A stretch of DNA of 64,000 nt from an uncultured virus (IMG/VR IMGVR_UViG_3300028610_002615) (IMGVR_UViG_3300028610_002615), one strand, 5' to 3'; shown: positions 39,245 to 49,638, counted from the first letter of the stretch. A program made the numbers and translations. The notes: generated from the letters alone by a model not told the origin.

Positions 39245-39635
39245 TGATCTCACCTCCAGCCTGTGTTTGTCTGAGTCCTGACAATGGTTGAATAAGAGGT
39301 GTTCCTTCTGTAGAACCTGCTAATGTCATCTCACTCAGATTTGCAATGAAATCTTCGTTTGTCAAGATTCCATATACATCAAAAATAGTAACAATTCTCA
39401 AAATCTGCCCTTCCATGACCAGGTCGAATCCGGCATGAGTCTGAAAAACAATCACATCACCTTCTTTAAGATTCTTTTCTGGTGTATCTTTATATGTAGG
39501 AACTTCAGGACCAACTGAAATGATCTCTCCGTATCCTTGAGGATCAGCAGAATTACCCGGTAGTACGATACCGCCTGCGGTCTTCTCTCTCCTCAGAAGT
39601 TTTACTAATACTTTGTCTCCCACTGCTTCTATCAT
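39234..39635 (-). CDS. groES: GroES-like co-chaperonin
   Basis: GDKVLVK...KTAGGIVLP, G.IISVGP, GD.IVF. Confidence 0.85.
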   Translation of the reverse strand: MIEAVGDKVLVKLLRREKTAGGIVLPGNSADPQGYGEIISVGPEVPTYKDTPEKNLKEGDVIVFQTHAGFDLVMEGQILRIVTIFDVYGILTNEDFIANLSEMTLAGSTEGTPLIQPLSGLRQTQAGGEIIAP

Positions 39636-39936
39636 TTTTATCTTCCTTTCTTTGTTGTTTTCTTTTTTTCTTGAGATATCTTTCTCTCATTAATTGTAAT
39701 TTTTCTTCTTCTTTATCTCGTAACCTTTGTGCCTGCATCCTCTTTCGACGTTTCTTTTCGCTAGGTTTTTGAAACGCCATTCTTTCTTTTAGTTCTCGAG
39801 CGATGCCGCTTTTTGAGTATTTTTTTCTGAATCTTTTGATAAAATCTTCATCTGATTCATTCTTCCTACGAACTACACATATACCATTATGTTCAGCAGG
39901 ATAGTAGTTCTTATGATAACTTGTATTTGATGCCAT
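39553..39936 (-). CDS. rpsU: Ribosomal protein bS21
   Basis: V.R.NES.E.FIKRFRKK..KSGI..E.K.R..F.KPSEKKRRK signature. Confidence 0.85.
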   Translation of the reverse strand: MASNTSYHKNYYPAEHNGICVVRRKNESDEDFIKRFRKKYSKSGIARELKERMAFQKPSEKKRRKRMQAQRLRDKEEEKLQLMRERYLKKKRKQQRKEDKNDRSSGRQSISKTSEEREDRRRYRTTG

Positions 39937-40095
39937 TTGTAAGATACTAATTCACCCCCTTACACTTCTCAATTATTGACAACATTTTTAACACAATTAT
40001 TAAAATAATTATATCTATAAATGTAGATATTAAAAATATAAAAACTATGAAAAAATTCTGTCCATTTTGGTCGATTAAACTTTTCAAAAATTCCA

Positions 40096-40770
40096 TTATA
40101 CGAAACCAAATATTATATGACTTCTTGATGAAAAACACATTCTAAACTCTTCGCAAATATCAAATGTTTCTTCAGCATTTTTGATTAGTTCAGCTCTTGT
40201 AACACCCTGTGGCATTACCCAAACTCTATGCTCAGTTAATAAATCTTCTTGATGAGTTAACCACGCCAAAAATGCTTTAGTGTGAGCGTTACCATCCCAA
40301 ACAATTTTCAAATAAACATTATGATGACCTATAATTGTCTCTGCTGTTTGTTTAGCGATTTTGAAATCATCTGAATTGAAGATTTTTGGCGAGTACATAA
40401 ATTTGACGGGTTTTCTTGGATCGACTTCTTGTATAAATTCATAAAGTCTGAATCCATTTGATTCAACATTTGCTACTGGGTAATTAAGATCATTCAAAAG
40501 AGATACTGCTTCATTAAAATGTTTTGGAACTGTTGGTTCTCCACCTGTGACGAGGATACCAGCTTTTCTTTGATTAATAGTCTTTTGAATGTCTGATAAT
40601 TTATACGGTGCTTCAGAAGATACTCTCATTTTCACTGCTGTATCACACCAATAACATTTTAAATTACACGTTTTAAATCTGAGTATAATCATGGTTCGGC
40701 CAGAATCTATTCCTTCTCCTTGCCATGAAACAAAATTCTCAATTAAGTGTGCTACTTTTTCTTCGGACAT
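40096..40770 (-). CDS. queE: 7-carboxy-7-deazaguanine synthase-like radical SAM enzyme
   Basis: F.SWQGEG..SGR, CNLKCYWCDT, TGGEP, ESNG, SPK, MPQG. Confidence 0.85.
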   Translation of the reverse strand: MSEEKVAHLIENFVSWQGEGIDSGRTMIILRFKTCNLKCYWCDTAVKMRVSSEAPYKLSDIQKTINQRKAGILVTGGEPTVPKHFNEAVSLLNDLNYPVANVESNGFRLYEFIQEVDPRKPVKFMYSPKIFNSDDFKIAKQTAETIIGHHNVYLKIVWDGNAHTKAFLAWLTHQEDLLTEHRVWVMPQGVTRAELIKNAEETFDICEEFRMCFSSRSHIIFGFV

Positions 40771-40820
40771 AGTTCATTCCTTTCAATTTATATTATGTTC
40801 TAAATTACAATACATTCATC

Positions 40821-41264
40821 TTATTTCTTTTTATGTCTTCTACTATTTTTTAATAGTAATCCTCTTCTCCTTATACTATCTTTTTTAGTAGTTATCCTCA
40901 ATGGTTCTTCGAATCTATCTTCATACCAAGAATCTGACTCTTTGTGGCTTCTATCTCTTTTAATAGTATATGTTGTTCCATTACGTCTAGTTCTTTTATC
41001 AATAAATAAAGGAACTTCTCCACCTTCACCATTTTTAAAACTTCCTGAAGTAATTTTTATTCTGTATTTTCCATCTTTTAAATTCGATAACAAAAAAGCA
41101 AATATCATATCAAAAGATGGCTCCAATGTAAGTTCGATACCATTAATTAATACAACATAATAATCTACATCTTCTAGTGGTTCTGCTATTAGTAGTTGAT
41201 CTCCAAACGATATTCCCACAAAAAATATTAAACATAATAACAGAACCACTATTTTAAATATCAT
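40821..41264 (-). CDS. Secreted hypothetical protein
   Basis: Signal peptide; 147 aa. Confidence 0.6.
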   Translation of the reverse strand: MIFKIVVLLLCLIFFVGISFGDQLLIAEPLEDVDYYVVLINGIELTLEPSFDMIFAFLLSNLKDGKYRIKITSGSFKNGEGGEVPLFIDKRTRRNGTTYTIKRDRSHKESDSWYEDRFEEPLRITTKKDSIRRRGLLLKNSRRHKKK

Positions 41265-41710
41265 TATTTATTATATCTTTCGTTACAGATATCCCAGTTA
41301 TTGGAATCATCATCAGATATTCCATCATAATAATCACAGTCTAGTAGTTTAATCCCTCCTACTGCTGCTGGACCTGTATGACCTGCGCCACTTTCTGTCC
41401 AATAAAAAGATACAACATTAGAATCGCCTGATTCCTCTTGGTTATTAGAATCATATGATCTCATCTTATAATAAACTCTTTCACCATCGGTTGTATGATC
41501 ATCAAGTTCTGACGCAACCATATTAGTAGGAATGCTATCAACCAATATAGACCAAGTAGCTGGATCTGTTGGATCTGTTGTTGAATAAATCCTAAGATCT
41601 GTTGCTACTGGATCGATGAATGTATCCCATGCTAAAGTCATAGCGCTTGCTGATCCAATTAAAAATAATCCTAATATAACTGAAATAAAAACTAATAATA
41701 TCTTTTTCAT
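41264..41710 (-). CDS. Secreted fibronectin-III-like protein
   Basis: Signal peptide ASA-MTLAWD...YYKMRSYD...ESGDSN.V. Confidence 0.6.
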   Translation of the reverse strand: MKKILLVFISVILGLFLIGSASAMTLAWDTFIDPVATDLRIYSTTDPTDPATWSILVDSIPTNMVASELDDHTTDGERVYYKMRSYDSNNQEESGDSNVVSFYWTESGAGHTGPAAVGGIKLLDCDYYDGISDDDSNNWDICNERYNK

Positions 41711-41758
41711 ATAATTTTTCTCTCCCGTTTTTTAATTTGCTCCCTATATTATTATGTT

Positions 41759-43009
41759 CTAATTACATATAAGATTTGCTAATTGACCAGTAGAGCATTC
41801 TTCAGAATGTCCTTTTTTATAATGACATTTTTCACATGATGCTAATCCATAATCAGGATCCAAAGAAAAGAATGGTTCTAATTTTTTAGGTTTGATGTGG
41901 TGACAATCTGTAGCTAGTTCACCACAATACTCACATTTATAATCAGCTCTTTTTAACACTTCTTGTCTCCATATGTTATATTCCTCCTGAGTATAATCAA
42001 ATTTTTGAGGATCATTTATTTTGCATTGTTTCTTATATTGGTTTGCCAATGTTCTAGAATTAACATTATAGTGAGTACATTCGTGTTTACAATTTTCAGA
42101 GCAATAAATAAACACACCACCAGTGCCTGTAACATCCAATGCTCTATATCTTTGAGAAATTTGACTAATATTAGGAGTAAACCAACCTTCTTTTTCTTTA
42201 CTATTTGGACATTTGCTATTTTTACAGTGAGTTTGAATTATTTTTTCTTTGCTATTTGGGTCATATCTTATATCTTCTTCAACTGAAAAAATTGGGTAGT
42301 TATCTTTAATGTGTTCGATTGTTACGACATCACGGCCAAACCTTTCCGGTGCATTTTTTTTTCCTTTTTTTCCCCTGAAATGATGAGGTCGCTCGAGTAG
42401 TTTTTTACTATGGTTTGGTCTTTTTTTACCAGCATTCCAAGAAGGTTTTCCTATACTGTGGTGGCCTGTCGCCCATTTTTTATGAACTTTTGTTCCACAA
42501 CCACAAGCACAATAATTTTCTTTTTTAACCTCTTTTGGTTCAACTTTACCGTGCTTTTCTACTCTTGTGACTAACTGTTGAATTCTTATTTTTTTGCAAT
42601 TTATAGCTAATGATGAACAACAAACAAGTCCTGAACCAAACATAATATACTTAGCAACTTCTCCACAACCATAATCACAAAATAAAGATTTTCCATTATT
42701 TAGTCTTTTTATTAATTTATAGCTATTTTTTTTTCTTTTACCGTAACATTTCGTAGCATTTATTTCACACACCCAATATCCATTTCGAAAATATTTGCCT
42801 GGTTTCTCATAACAGAATTGACATATCGGATTTATTAAATTTCTCTTTATCTCTATTTCTTTTTTTGCTTCGATTGTTTTATGAGTAAATTTTTTTCTTG
42901 ATATACATACAGACATACTATTCAAACAGCACCATTTGCTGGTTGATTTATGAAAGTATAAAGCAGGCCTCTCATAACAAAACTCACATATTCTTAATTT
43001 TTTCATCAT
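41759..43009 (-). CDS. HNH homing endonuclease with Cys-rich repeats
   Basis: C-terminal WRQEVLKRADYKCEYCG...HHIKP...G...CEKCH; N-terminal CxxC/CxYGCG repeats. Confidence 0.8.
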   Translation of the reverse strand: MMKKLRICEFCYERPALYFHKSTSKWCCLNSMSVCISRKKFTHKTIEAKKEIEIKRNLINPICQFCYEKPGKYFRNGYWVCEINATKCYGKRKKNSYKLIKRLNNGKSLFCDYGCGEVAKYIMFGSGLVCCSSLAINCKKIRIQQLVTRVEKHGKVEPKEVKKENYCACGCGTKVHKKWATGHHSIGKPSWNAGKKRPNHSKKLLERPHHFRGKKGKKNAPERFGRDVVTIEHIKDNYPIFSVEEDIRYDPNSKEKIIQTHCKNSKCPNSKEKEGWFTPNISQISQRYRALDVTGTGGVFIYCSENCKHECTHYNVNSRTLANQYKKQCKINDPQKFDYTQEEYNIWRQEVLKRADYKCEYCGELATDCHHIKPKKLEPFFSLDPDYGLASCEKCHYKKGHSEECSTGQLANLICN

Positions 43010-43014
43010 TCCTC

Positions 43015-46000
43015 CTAAAATGTTAATATAGTTGCTCGTTGCTTTCTAATTTCATCTTGAGTGAGTGGCTTTAACAGAAGTTCATACCGATCTTTGAATG
43101 AAAACTTTAAAGCTGCATCTCTATCGGGAATGAAATAATCAGGTAATTTTTCTTCTTCATCGGGCACTCCAATAACTTCCAATTTTTTTCCACCTTTAAC
43201 AAACTTATGATAACTTTCAATAACTTCTTTAGGAGCCTTTTCAATATCAACTCCTCTTACCCAAAACATATACGATTTATTTCCAGCATTATGAACAGGA
43301 TACATTATCTCATTCCATGCTTGCATTGCTCTGACCCCCTGAGGAATTAGTTTATAATCTTCAATTTTCTTTCCCCATGTTACAGGTCTAGCAATACTTT
43401 TATCTCCATCTTCAATCAAATGTTTAAATTTCTGCTCTTCTTTTTGCACAAATGCGAGTAACTTTGAAAGTCTGACTCTTTCTGATCTAAGAATCATATC
43501 TGATAGAGTTTTCATAAATTCTTTTGATGCGCTTGGATAATCTGATCTCTTAATTTCAACTCCCATAAAGTTAATTTCATCAACATCTTTTCCTTCATTA
43601 TTTACAACTCTAATTGCATATCGTTTTTTAGCTAAGAAAATACCCCTTGAAATAACTAACTCATTCTTTAATCTCAGTCTATTGAAATCTGGGTCAACTC
43701 TATGTCTATTGGTAAGCGTAAGCATTTTATCATCATTTAAATACGTTTCAATTCCAGCACACCAATTGTGAATATTTTTCACTGACTTTTCTTCTGGAAC
43801 TTTTTCAAAACAACAGAAAATTGAATCTGTATCACCAGTTACAATATATTCATTGCTCCTATCTGGCATTTCATTATCAAACATTTCTCTTTTAGTTAAT
43901 GGGGATGGTTCTTCAATCGGTTTACTTAGAACTAAACTTTTCATATACTCATGACCATATATAATTGATAACTTCAATGCTTCTTGACCAGTTAATGTAA
44001 TAGCTGAAGCAAGAGATGTATCAAAAAATCTGAATGCTTTATTTGCAATGACTCCATAGAGAGTATTTGCCAACACCTTGTAAACTAATTGTCTTGTGAA
44101 GTAAAACTTTCTTTTATCATCATCCTTTGCTTCAATAGCATCAAACATCTTTTCTTTATAGTCTTTTCGAGAACTCATAAGCATATTTACAACTTCTCCA
44201 AACGATGAAAAAGCTTCTTTGTGAGGTTTAAAGAAGCATCCATTGATTGTATGAACCAAATTCTTCTCTTCTATTTTCTTAAATAATTGTTCTGATGTAA
44301 CTTCCATAACTTTATTTTCATACATCGGATCAATAATTACATTGAATTTTGCTGGTAATTTCTCTGGATTATATGCAATATCAAAACCAAGTTCAGGATC
44401 TTGCGTCTTCATTACAAAACTATTAACACCGATGTTATATGTAATCATTAAATTTGGATACAGTGATTTAAAGTCAAAATCTGTAATATGATCATAAACG
44501 CCCGGAGTTGGTTCAAATACAAATGCTCCCGGATACGCCTCTTTCAAAACATGAGGATCACTATTTCGAGACGCTAACCCTTTTTCCCTTAAATATGAAA
44601 CCATTATAGAATCAATTTGACCAAACGATGATACTGAATCAAAACTTGTATTACAAATGATTCTCAGCTCGTTTAACAGGTTAATATGAGCGAGTTTTTC
44701 ATCAAGTCGCTCTAACAGCTCAACGTCTCTAATATTGTACTCTATTGTTTTATTTAACATTTCCCAATACATTCTATTGAATGGTAAAGGCAGCTGAATC
44801 TTTGTGACACCTTTCAATTCATGTGCAGCAATGAATCCCAGTTTATAATTTTCCATCTTTGTAAATGTAAATGTTTTATACAAAAAGTCTTGATCAATAA
44901 CAACAGTTCCGGGAAGATGACACACATATCTTGAACCGTCAATGTATATTTCATTAAACTTCGAAAGAGAAGCTGAAGCAATCCCCAACTTAGGTAAACG
45001 ATTATAAATATACTCCATATCAAAATTGATCAAATTCCATCCTGAAATAAAATCTGGATCTGCTGCTTTAAAGTCTTTAATGAAAGTATGCAAAAGTTTC
45101 TTTTCATTATCGAAGATTTTCATGTTAATGCCAACAAAACTTTGTATTGGCTCCGTCTTATTATCAACAACATAACAAGTTTTATCACCATTATAAAATG
45201 TTGTCAACATATTTATTGGAAAATCTGCTTCGGTTGGTTTGGGAAATATTCTTTCATCTCCAGTGTCAATTTCAATATCAGCAAACATAACATTTAATTG
45301 AGTTGGACAATCACCCTTATTAAAATGATAATAGTCCATAGCATGCTTAACTGTAATCCTCACATCACCCTCGTATGTTATTTTTGGGTCCAAATTATAT
45401 CTGTCTCTATACTTTATTTTTATTTGATCCAATTCGTTATATGGAACTATTCTTCGAGCCTCTAGTCCATCTGGTGCTTGATAACAAACAAAATCATCAT
45501 TCATTTTATGATAAACTTTATTGTTATCTTTATCTCTAAAAATGTATAGAACCTGATTTGTCTTATTTAAAAACTGAACATCAACCAATCTATACTCATC
45601 CGTATAAAATTTCTCAGGAATCTGATATCTGAATATGCCTTTTCCTATTGAATGTGTCTTTTCTCTTGAGAACGTAACATCCCCTTTTCCGCTCATAAGA
45701 CTCGCAATTTTTGACATAGCTTGCTCAAATCTAGGTTCCCAAACTTGTGACCTCCGATTTACAAATGATGGATGCACAATAATTGCAGTACTTAAACCCT
45801 CCCACCCTTCCAATACGCCTTCTAAAAATTGATCATGTTTTTTAGTAATTCCACCTTTTCCAAAACCAAATGCTTCCATTGGACTTCCACCCATTAAAAC
45901 TATAAGTTTGGGATTACACTCTTTAATGATACTCATACAATTCTGTTTGCACAAGTCAATAACTTCACTAGTCGGATTTCCTGTTTTGCCATCAACTAAA

Positions 46001-46260
46001 GTTTGACACAAAACAACATTTGTCAGAAGATAATTCATTTTATTAATTCCGAACTTATTGAAATATTTTCTGAACATTTGACCAGCTTTACCAATCAACG
46101 GAACTTCTTTCTTAACCTCATTCGTACCAGGATTTTCAGCAACAAAAACAACATCTACTTCTCTCAAATCCTTTTCGCAATTAGTCTCAAGAATGCATGA
46201 TTGTGCATCTAAAAGATCACACGCTGAACAATTTGAATATGATTGTTTTATTGAATACAA
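43015..46260 (-). CDS. Family B DNA polymerase with N-terminal family-4-like uracil-DNA glycosylase domain
   Basis: UDG: CSACDL, AENPG..E, GKAG, TNVVLC, HPS; exo: DIEID, GWN..FD, YN..D; pol: DFKSLYP, K...NTLYG, GDTDS, KKRY. Confidence 0.9.
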   Translation of the reverse strand: MYSIKQSYSNCSACDLLDAQSCILETNCEKDLREVDVVFVAENPGTNEVKKEVPLIGKAGQMFRKYFNKFGINKMNYLLTNVVLCQTLVDGKTGNPTSEVIDLCKQNCMSIIKECNPKLIVLMGGSPMEAFGFGKGGITKKHDQFLEGVLEGWEGLSTAIIVHPSFVNRRSQVWEPRFEQAMSKIASLMSGKGDVTFSREKTHSIGKGIFRYQIPEKFYTDEYRLVDVQFLNKTNQVLYIFRDKDNNKVYHKMNDDFVCYQAPDGLEARRIVPYNELDQIKIKYRDRYNLDPKITYEGDVRITVKHAMDYYHFNKGDCPTQLNVMFADIEIDTGDERIFPKPTEADFPINMLTTFYNGDKTCYVVDNKTEPIQSFVGINMKIFDNEKKLLHTFIKDFKAADPDFISGWNLINFDMEYIYNRLPKLGIASASLSKFNEIYIDGSRYVCHLPGTVVIDQDFLYKTFTFTKMENYKLGFIAAHELKGVTKIQLPLPFNRMYWEMLNKTIEYNIRDVELLERLDEKLAHINLLNELRIICNTSFDSVSSFGQIDSIMVSYLREKGLASRNSDPHVLKEAYPGAFVFEPTPGVYDHITDFDFKSLYPNLMITYNIGVNSFVMKTQDPELGFDIAYNPEKLPAKFNVIIDPMYENKVMEVTSEQLFKKIEEKNLVHTINGCFFKPHKEAFSSFGEVVNMLMSSRKDYKEKMFDAIEAKDDDKRKFYFTRQLVYKVLANTLYGVIANKAFRFFDTSLASAITLTGQEALKLSIIYGHEYMKSLVLSKPIEEPSPLTKREMFDNEMPDRSNEYIVTGDTDSIFCCFEKVPEEKSVKNIHNWCAGIETYLNDDKMLTLTNRHRVDPDFNRLRLKNELVISRGIFLAKKRYAIRVVNNEGKDVDEINFMGVEIKRSDYPSASKEFMKTLSDMILRSERVRLSKLLAFVQKEEQKFKHLIEDGDKSIARPVTWGKKIEDYKLIPQGVRAMQAWNEIMYPVHNAGNKSYMFWVRGVDIEKAPKEVIESYHKFVKGGKKLEVIGVPDEEEKLPDYFIPDRDAALKFSFKDRYELLLKPLTQDEIRKQRATILTF

Positions 46261-46312
46261 AAATATACCTCCTTTTACTTTTACATTTTGTTACTTTTAA
46301 ATTTTTAATCAT

Positions 46313-46326
46313 CTATATATATTAAT
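46313..46326 (+). promoter_or_regulatory. Promoter motif CTATATATATTAAT
   Basis: Exact copy ahead of lone + strand gene at 46372. Confidence 0.65.
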
Positions 46327-46371
46327 TAATGATTGAGTTGTTTCTTTTTTTTCGACTATTTATAACACCCT

Positions 46372-47064
46372 ATGGAAAGGAGTTTACGCATGGAATCTAT
46401 GGAGTTAGGTCACGCTGAGAAACTTATCGGAATTGGAACTGAATATGACATGCAACATGTGTTGAAATGTTTCGAAATTGTTCACTGGGCAAACAAACAA
46501 AATCGAGAGTTCGACTTGATGCCGACTACTATTAAAGCGAAGAATGTCATAATGCGTCACCTTGTAACAGAACAGAAGAAGAAATTTCGTTTCTTCGAAA
46601 TTGAATCGCCTTATGAAGACCCGTGTCCAAAATGTAAAGGTGCTGGTGAAATCTACAAATTTTTCAAAAAAAGTGTTAAGGTAAATTGTCACATCTGTGG
46701 AGGATCAGCTACAGTTATGGGAGCATGCCCAAAATGTAAAAACACTCCTGGTAGATTCATCAAGCGCTGGACAACAGGTGGAGGAGTTGATTTAGTATGT
46801 AAAAGATGTGATGGTGAAGCAAAAGTTAAATTCAAATGCGAAGAGTGCAAAGGTAAAGGAAAAATTCAAAAGGCAGTCTTAAGTGACGAACTAAAATCAA
46901 CAACCCCCTGTAAAAAATGTCGTGAGTTAGGATTTATATCAAAAGATTTCCCAAGTCCGAAAAAGAAAAAACAACACTCACATCAACGTCGTCCATTTAA
47001 TCCTATCTCAAAAATCACCAGCAAAGATGGAAAAACTCTCGCAGATGTAATAAAGACCAGTTAA
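46372..47064 (+). CDS. DnaJ-type multi-Zn-finger protein (no J domain)
   Basis: Six CxxC(xGxG) motifs; no HPD. Confidence 0.75.
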   Translation: MERSLRMESMELGHAEKLIGIGTEYDMQHVLKCFEIVHWANKQNREFDLMPTTIKAKNVIMRHLVTEQKKKFRFFEIESPYEDPCPKCKGAGEIYKFFKKSVKVNCHICGGSATVMGACPKCKNTPGRFIKRWTTGGGVDLVCKRCDGEAKVKFKCEECKGKGKIQKAVLSDELKSTTPCKKCRELGFISKDFPSPKKKKQHSHQRRPFNPISKITSKDGKTLADVIKTS

Positions 47065-47594
47065 TTTTTGGAGGGCATTTCTCTGTATAAGGAGAAATGC
47101 TCTTCCAAAAAGTCCTTTAAAACTATCTTTCCCTTCTTAACTTTTTTTCCGGTTCTTATCTTTCTTTTCTTTGGTGCTTCTAGTCCCACAGCGTTATATA
47201 CCCCCTCTTTCTCATCTGATTTATCAATCTCTTCAATCAATAAATAAACATCATCTTTTTTCAAAAACGGAAACTTTAATCTTAAAATATCAAATAATTT
47301 ATTCTGAGCTCTTCTGGGATAAAATACTGTATCCCTTTTATTAAACCTGAAATCAATCACACATTTTTTAATGAATTTAAAAAACTCTTCTTTATCCAGA
47401 TATCTCAGTCCAATATTATTAAAGTATTTATTTAAAAAATTATTCAAACTACCATTTCTTAGAAATAATTGTAATACAAACGTATGGGTAATCGGTGAGT
47501 TATATTTCAACAGATCCATCTTATCTGTAGCTTTAGGAAATGGGGTATTTAAACTCCCATCAAACAACCAATTGTTGAACGTTTTGTATGGCAT
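47061..47594 (-). CDS. Hypothetical protein
   Basis: 177 aa in replication region. Confidence 0.65.
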   Translation of the reverse strand: MPYKTFNNWLFDGSLNTPFPKATDKMDLLKYNSPITHTFVLQLFLRNGSLNNFLNKYFNNIGLRYLDKEEFFKFIKKCVIDFRFNKRDTVFYPRRAQNKLFDILRLKFPFLKKDDVYLLIEEIDKSDEKEGVYNAVGLEAPKKRKIRTGKKVKKGKIVLKDFLEEHFSLYREMPSKN

Positions 47595-48309
47595 TATCTA
47601 CAAATTCCTTTATTTTAATTTTAACTTTGCTCCTATTTCTTTTATCATAATCTACGATAACTAAACAGAAGTATCCATGTGCTTTCCAGTGTGCAATTCT
47701 TTTTTCTGGATAGTCTTTCTTATGGTGATGAGTACCACAATGTTCAATTATTATGGGATATTTTATACCAGTTATATCTGGGTATTTATCACCAATTCTA
47801 TTTTGAGGTAATATAGCACCTGTAAATTTAAACCCCCCCGGGTATAATTCATTACAGATATCCATAATCTCTCTTTCAGAAATATTCGGACATAAATGAG
47901 AGACCCTCTGATTCAAAAATATCCCTTTGAGTGCTTCATATGGAAGTTCGCTAAAAGGAGCATTATTCATGTAAAAAAACACCCAACCTCTTTTTGTACG
48001 TAGTTTTTGTCCAATATCATACTTCTTAATAGAAGTACTTAAGATACCGTTATGCATAAGACCTGAAGGATGTATCAAATTATTTTTGACTGTGCCCCTT
48101 CCAAATCCTATAATTCCTCCAATCTCTTTCATCGTTAACATTCTTCTTGGAGTTTCTTTATGTAATGCCCAAATTATACCCAACTTACAATTATTATTGT
48201 ATATTCGTCTATATTCGGATTCTGTAATTCCATTAAGAATATCCTCAGAAATTCTCTTTTCACCTCTACATTCTTTTTCTCTTTGCTTTGAATAAGGTTT
48301 AGTTCTCAT
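47560..48309 (-). CDS. HTH + Vsr/DUF559-like putative homing endonuclease
   Basis: HTH-like TMKEIGGIIG; KYPD...IIEHCG.HHH...GY.CLVI. Confidence 0.6.
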   Translation of the reverse strand: MRTKPYSKQREKECRGEKRISEDILNGITESEYRRIYNNNCKLGIIWALHKETPRRMLTMKEIGGIIGFGRGTVKNNLIHPSGLMHNGILSTSIKKYDIGQKLRTKRGWVFFYMNNAPFSELPYEALKGIFLNQRVSHLCPNISEREIMDICNELYPGGFKFTGAILPQNRIGDKYPDITGIKYPIIIEHCGTHHHKKDYPEKRIAHWKAHGYFCLVIVDYDKRNRSKVKIKIKEFVDNAIQNVQQLVV

Positions 48310-48339
48310 TTTTACAATTCCTTTCTGAAATGGGTAATC

Positions 48340-49287
48340 TTACTTCACTTCCCCTTTCATCACTTGTATTATGTTACTATAAAAGTTCTCCATTTCTTCA
48401 TGACATAGAAGTTTAGGAACATTTACATTATCATCGCTATTGAATATATAATCAAGACGTCTTAATAGCTCATCCTCATCTTCATACAAATACGCTCTTG
48501 GTAATATCTCTGGATATGCACATCTTAATGGTGCTAAAGGAATACAGTTATTCATAACAGCATCCACAATTTGATATCCAAATGTATCCTCAAAAGATGT
48601 AATTATTAATACTCTTGATTTACTTAAAAATTTATAATAGTCTTCCCAATTATTGTGATCTTGTCTAATAATTGGGTAATTTAATATTTCTTCAATCCGA
48701 CATTCTAAATCAAGATCAACTTTTTGTGCAGTCGGTCTTGAGGCAGAGATCGTTAATATTGATTTCTTTTCTCTGAATGTTTTTAAAGGTGGGTACGGTA
48801 GACGAACAGTTAATGTATTTGGCCAACACAATTTAAGTTCGTGATATTCACTTCCAACAAATACAACATCAAACATAAGCGAGTGAGCTGATTCTACTGG
48901 AAATTTACTGAATCTTACTGATTCAAAATAATCCATTCTATTCAAACTTGTAGCATGACAAAATGCAAAACATCTTTTTGGTTTTTTATGATATAGAACA
49001 TTTGTAAAGAGACCAGGGAAACTTATATCCGCAAGAAATAGAACATCATCATCTTTCAATTCAAGATTTATATATTCATCTATTTGAACACATTCAAATT
49101 CAATTGCAGAATGAATAGGAGAAAACATTGACATTGTTCCCCTACGCATGTGCATCTCTCTAATTTTCTGCTCTCCCAAAATATGAAAATCAAGACCCGC
49201 TTTCTCAAATTCTTTTGGAAATTTCCAAAACCACCATTCGTTATATCTCATTGGAGTGGGATATTGTGGTACAAATATTATTCTCAT
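48340..49287 (-). CDS. Glycosyltransferase (GT-B-like)
   Basis: R...QK, YYKFLSKSRV...TSFEDTFGYQIVDAV..NCIPLAP....YPE. Confidence 0.75.
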   Translation of the reverse strand: MRIIFVPQYPTPMRYNEWWFWKFPKEFEKAGLDFHILGEQKIREMHMRRGTMSMFSPIHSAIEFECVQIDEYINLELKDDDVLFLADISFPGLFTNVLYHKKPKRCFAFCHATSLNRMDYFESVRFSKFPVESAHSLMFDVVFVGSEYHELKLCWPNTLTVRLPYPPLKTFREKKSILTISASRPTAQKVDLDLECRIEEILNYPIIRQDHNNWEDYYKFLSKSRVLIITSFEDTFGYQIVDAVMNNCIPLAPLRCAYPEILPRAYLYEDEDELLRRLDYIFNSDDNVNVPKLLCHEEMENFYSNIIQVMKGEVK

Positions 49288-49517
49288 CTATTCTCCTTTT
49301 CCCAGTCATTCAACATTCCTTGTATGTCCAAAGGTTTCCTATGTTTACAATATAGACATAAACCATTACTCAGGTTCTGATCAATCCTACAATACAATGT
49401 TCCTGGTCTATATTTTGTACACCAGTCTCTTTTAGTGATCTTAAGATTAAGATGTTTTGTCGGACTGTATTTTCCTATCGTTTCCGTCGGATCTGTGCTC
49501 ATTTTCCATCCTTTCAA
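49284..49517 (-). CDS. Small Cys-containing hypothetical protein
   Basis: Operon-packed; C..C..CLYC. Confidence 0.5.
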   Translation of the reverse strand: MKGWKMSTDPTETIGKYSPTKHLNLKITKRDWCTKYRPGTLYCRIDQNLSNGLCLYCKHRKPLDIQGMLNDWEKENR

Positions 49518-49638
49518 TTTGTTTTCTTAGAATATCATTCACAGCATAATTTAAGAAGAAGTCTACTTCTTTCTCCGAAAAACTGCACTCCATTATACAA
49601 CTTCCATCAGGTTGGTCTGTCACTTTTAAAATATCCAT
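49447..49638 (-). CDS. Small hypothetical protein
   Basis: 63 aa, DQPDGSC motif, GAGGGA SD. Confidence 0.5.
   Translation of the reverse strand: MDILKVTDQPDGSCIMECSFSEKEVDFFLNYAVNDILRKQIERMENEHRSDGNDRKIQSDKTS

Noticed and set aside
39947..40138. 63-aa hydrophobic ORF between queE and bS21
   Set aside because: May be a real small membrane protein, but start is ambiguous and AT-rich DNA yields such ORFs by chance
43015..46260. Intein or intron in the DNA polymerase
   Set aside because: Extra length is accounted for by the UDG domain; motifs are normally spaced and no intein splice motifs were seen
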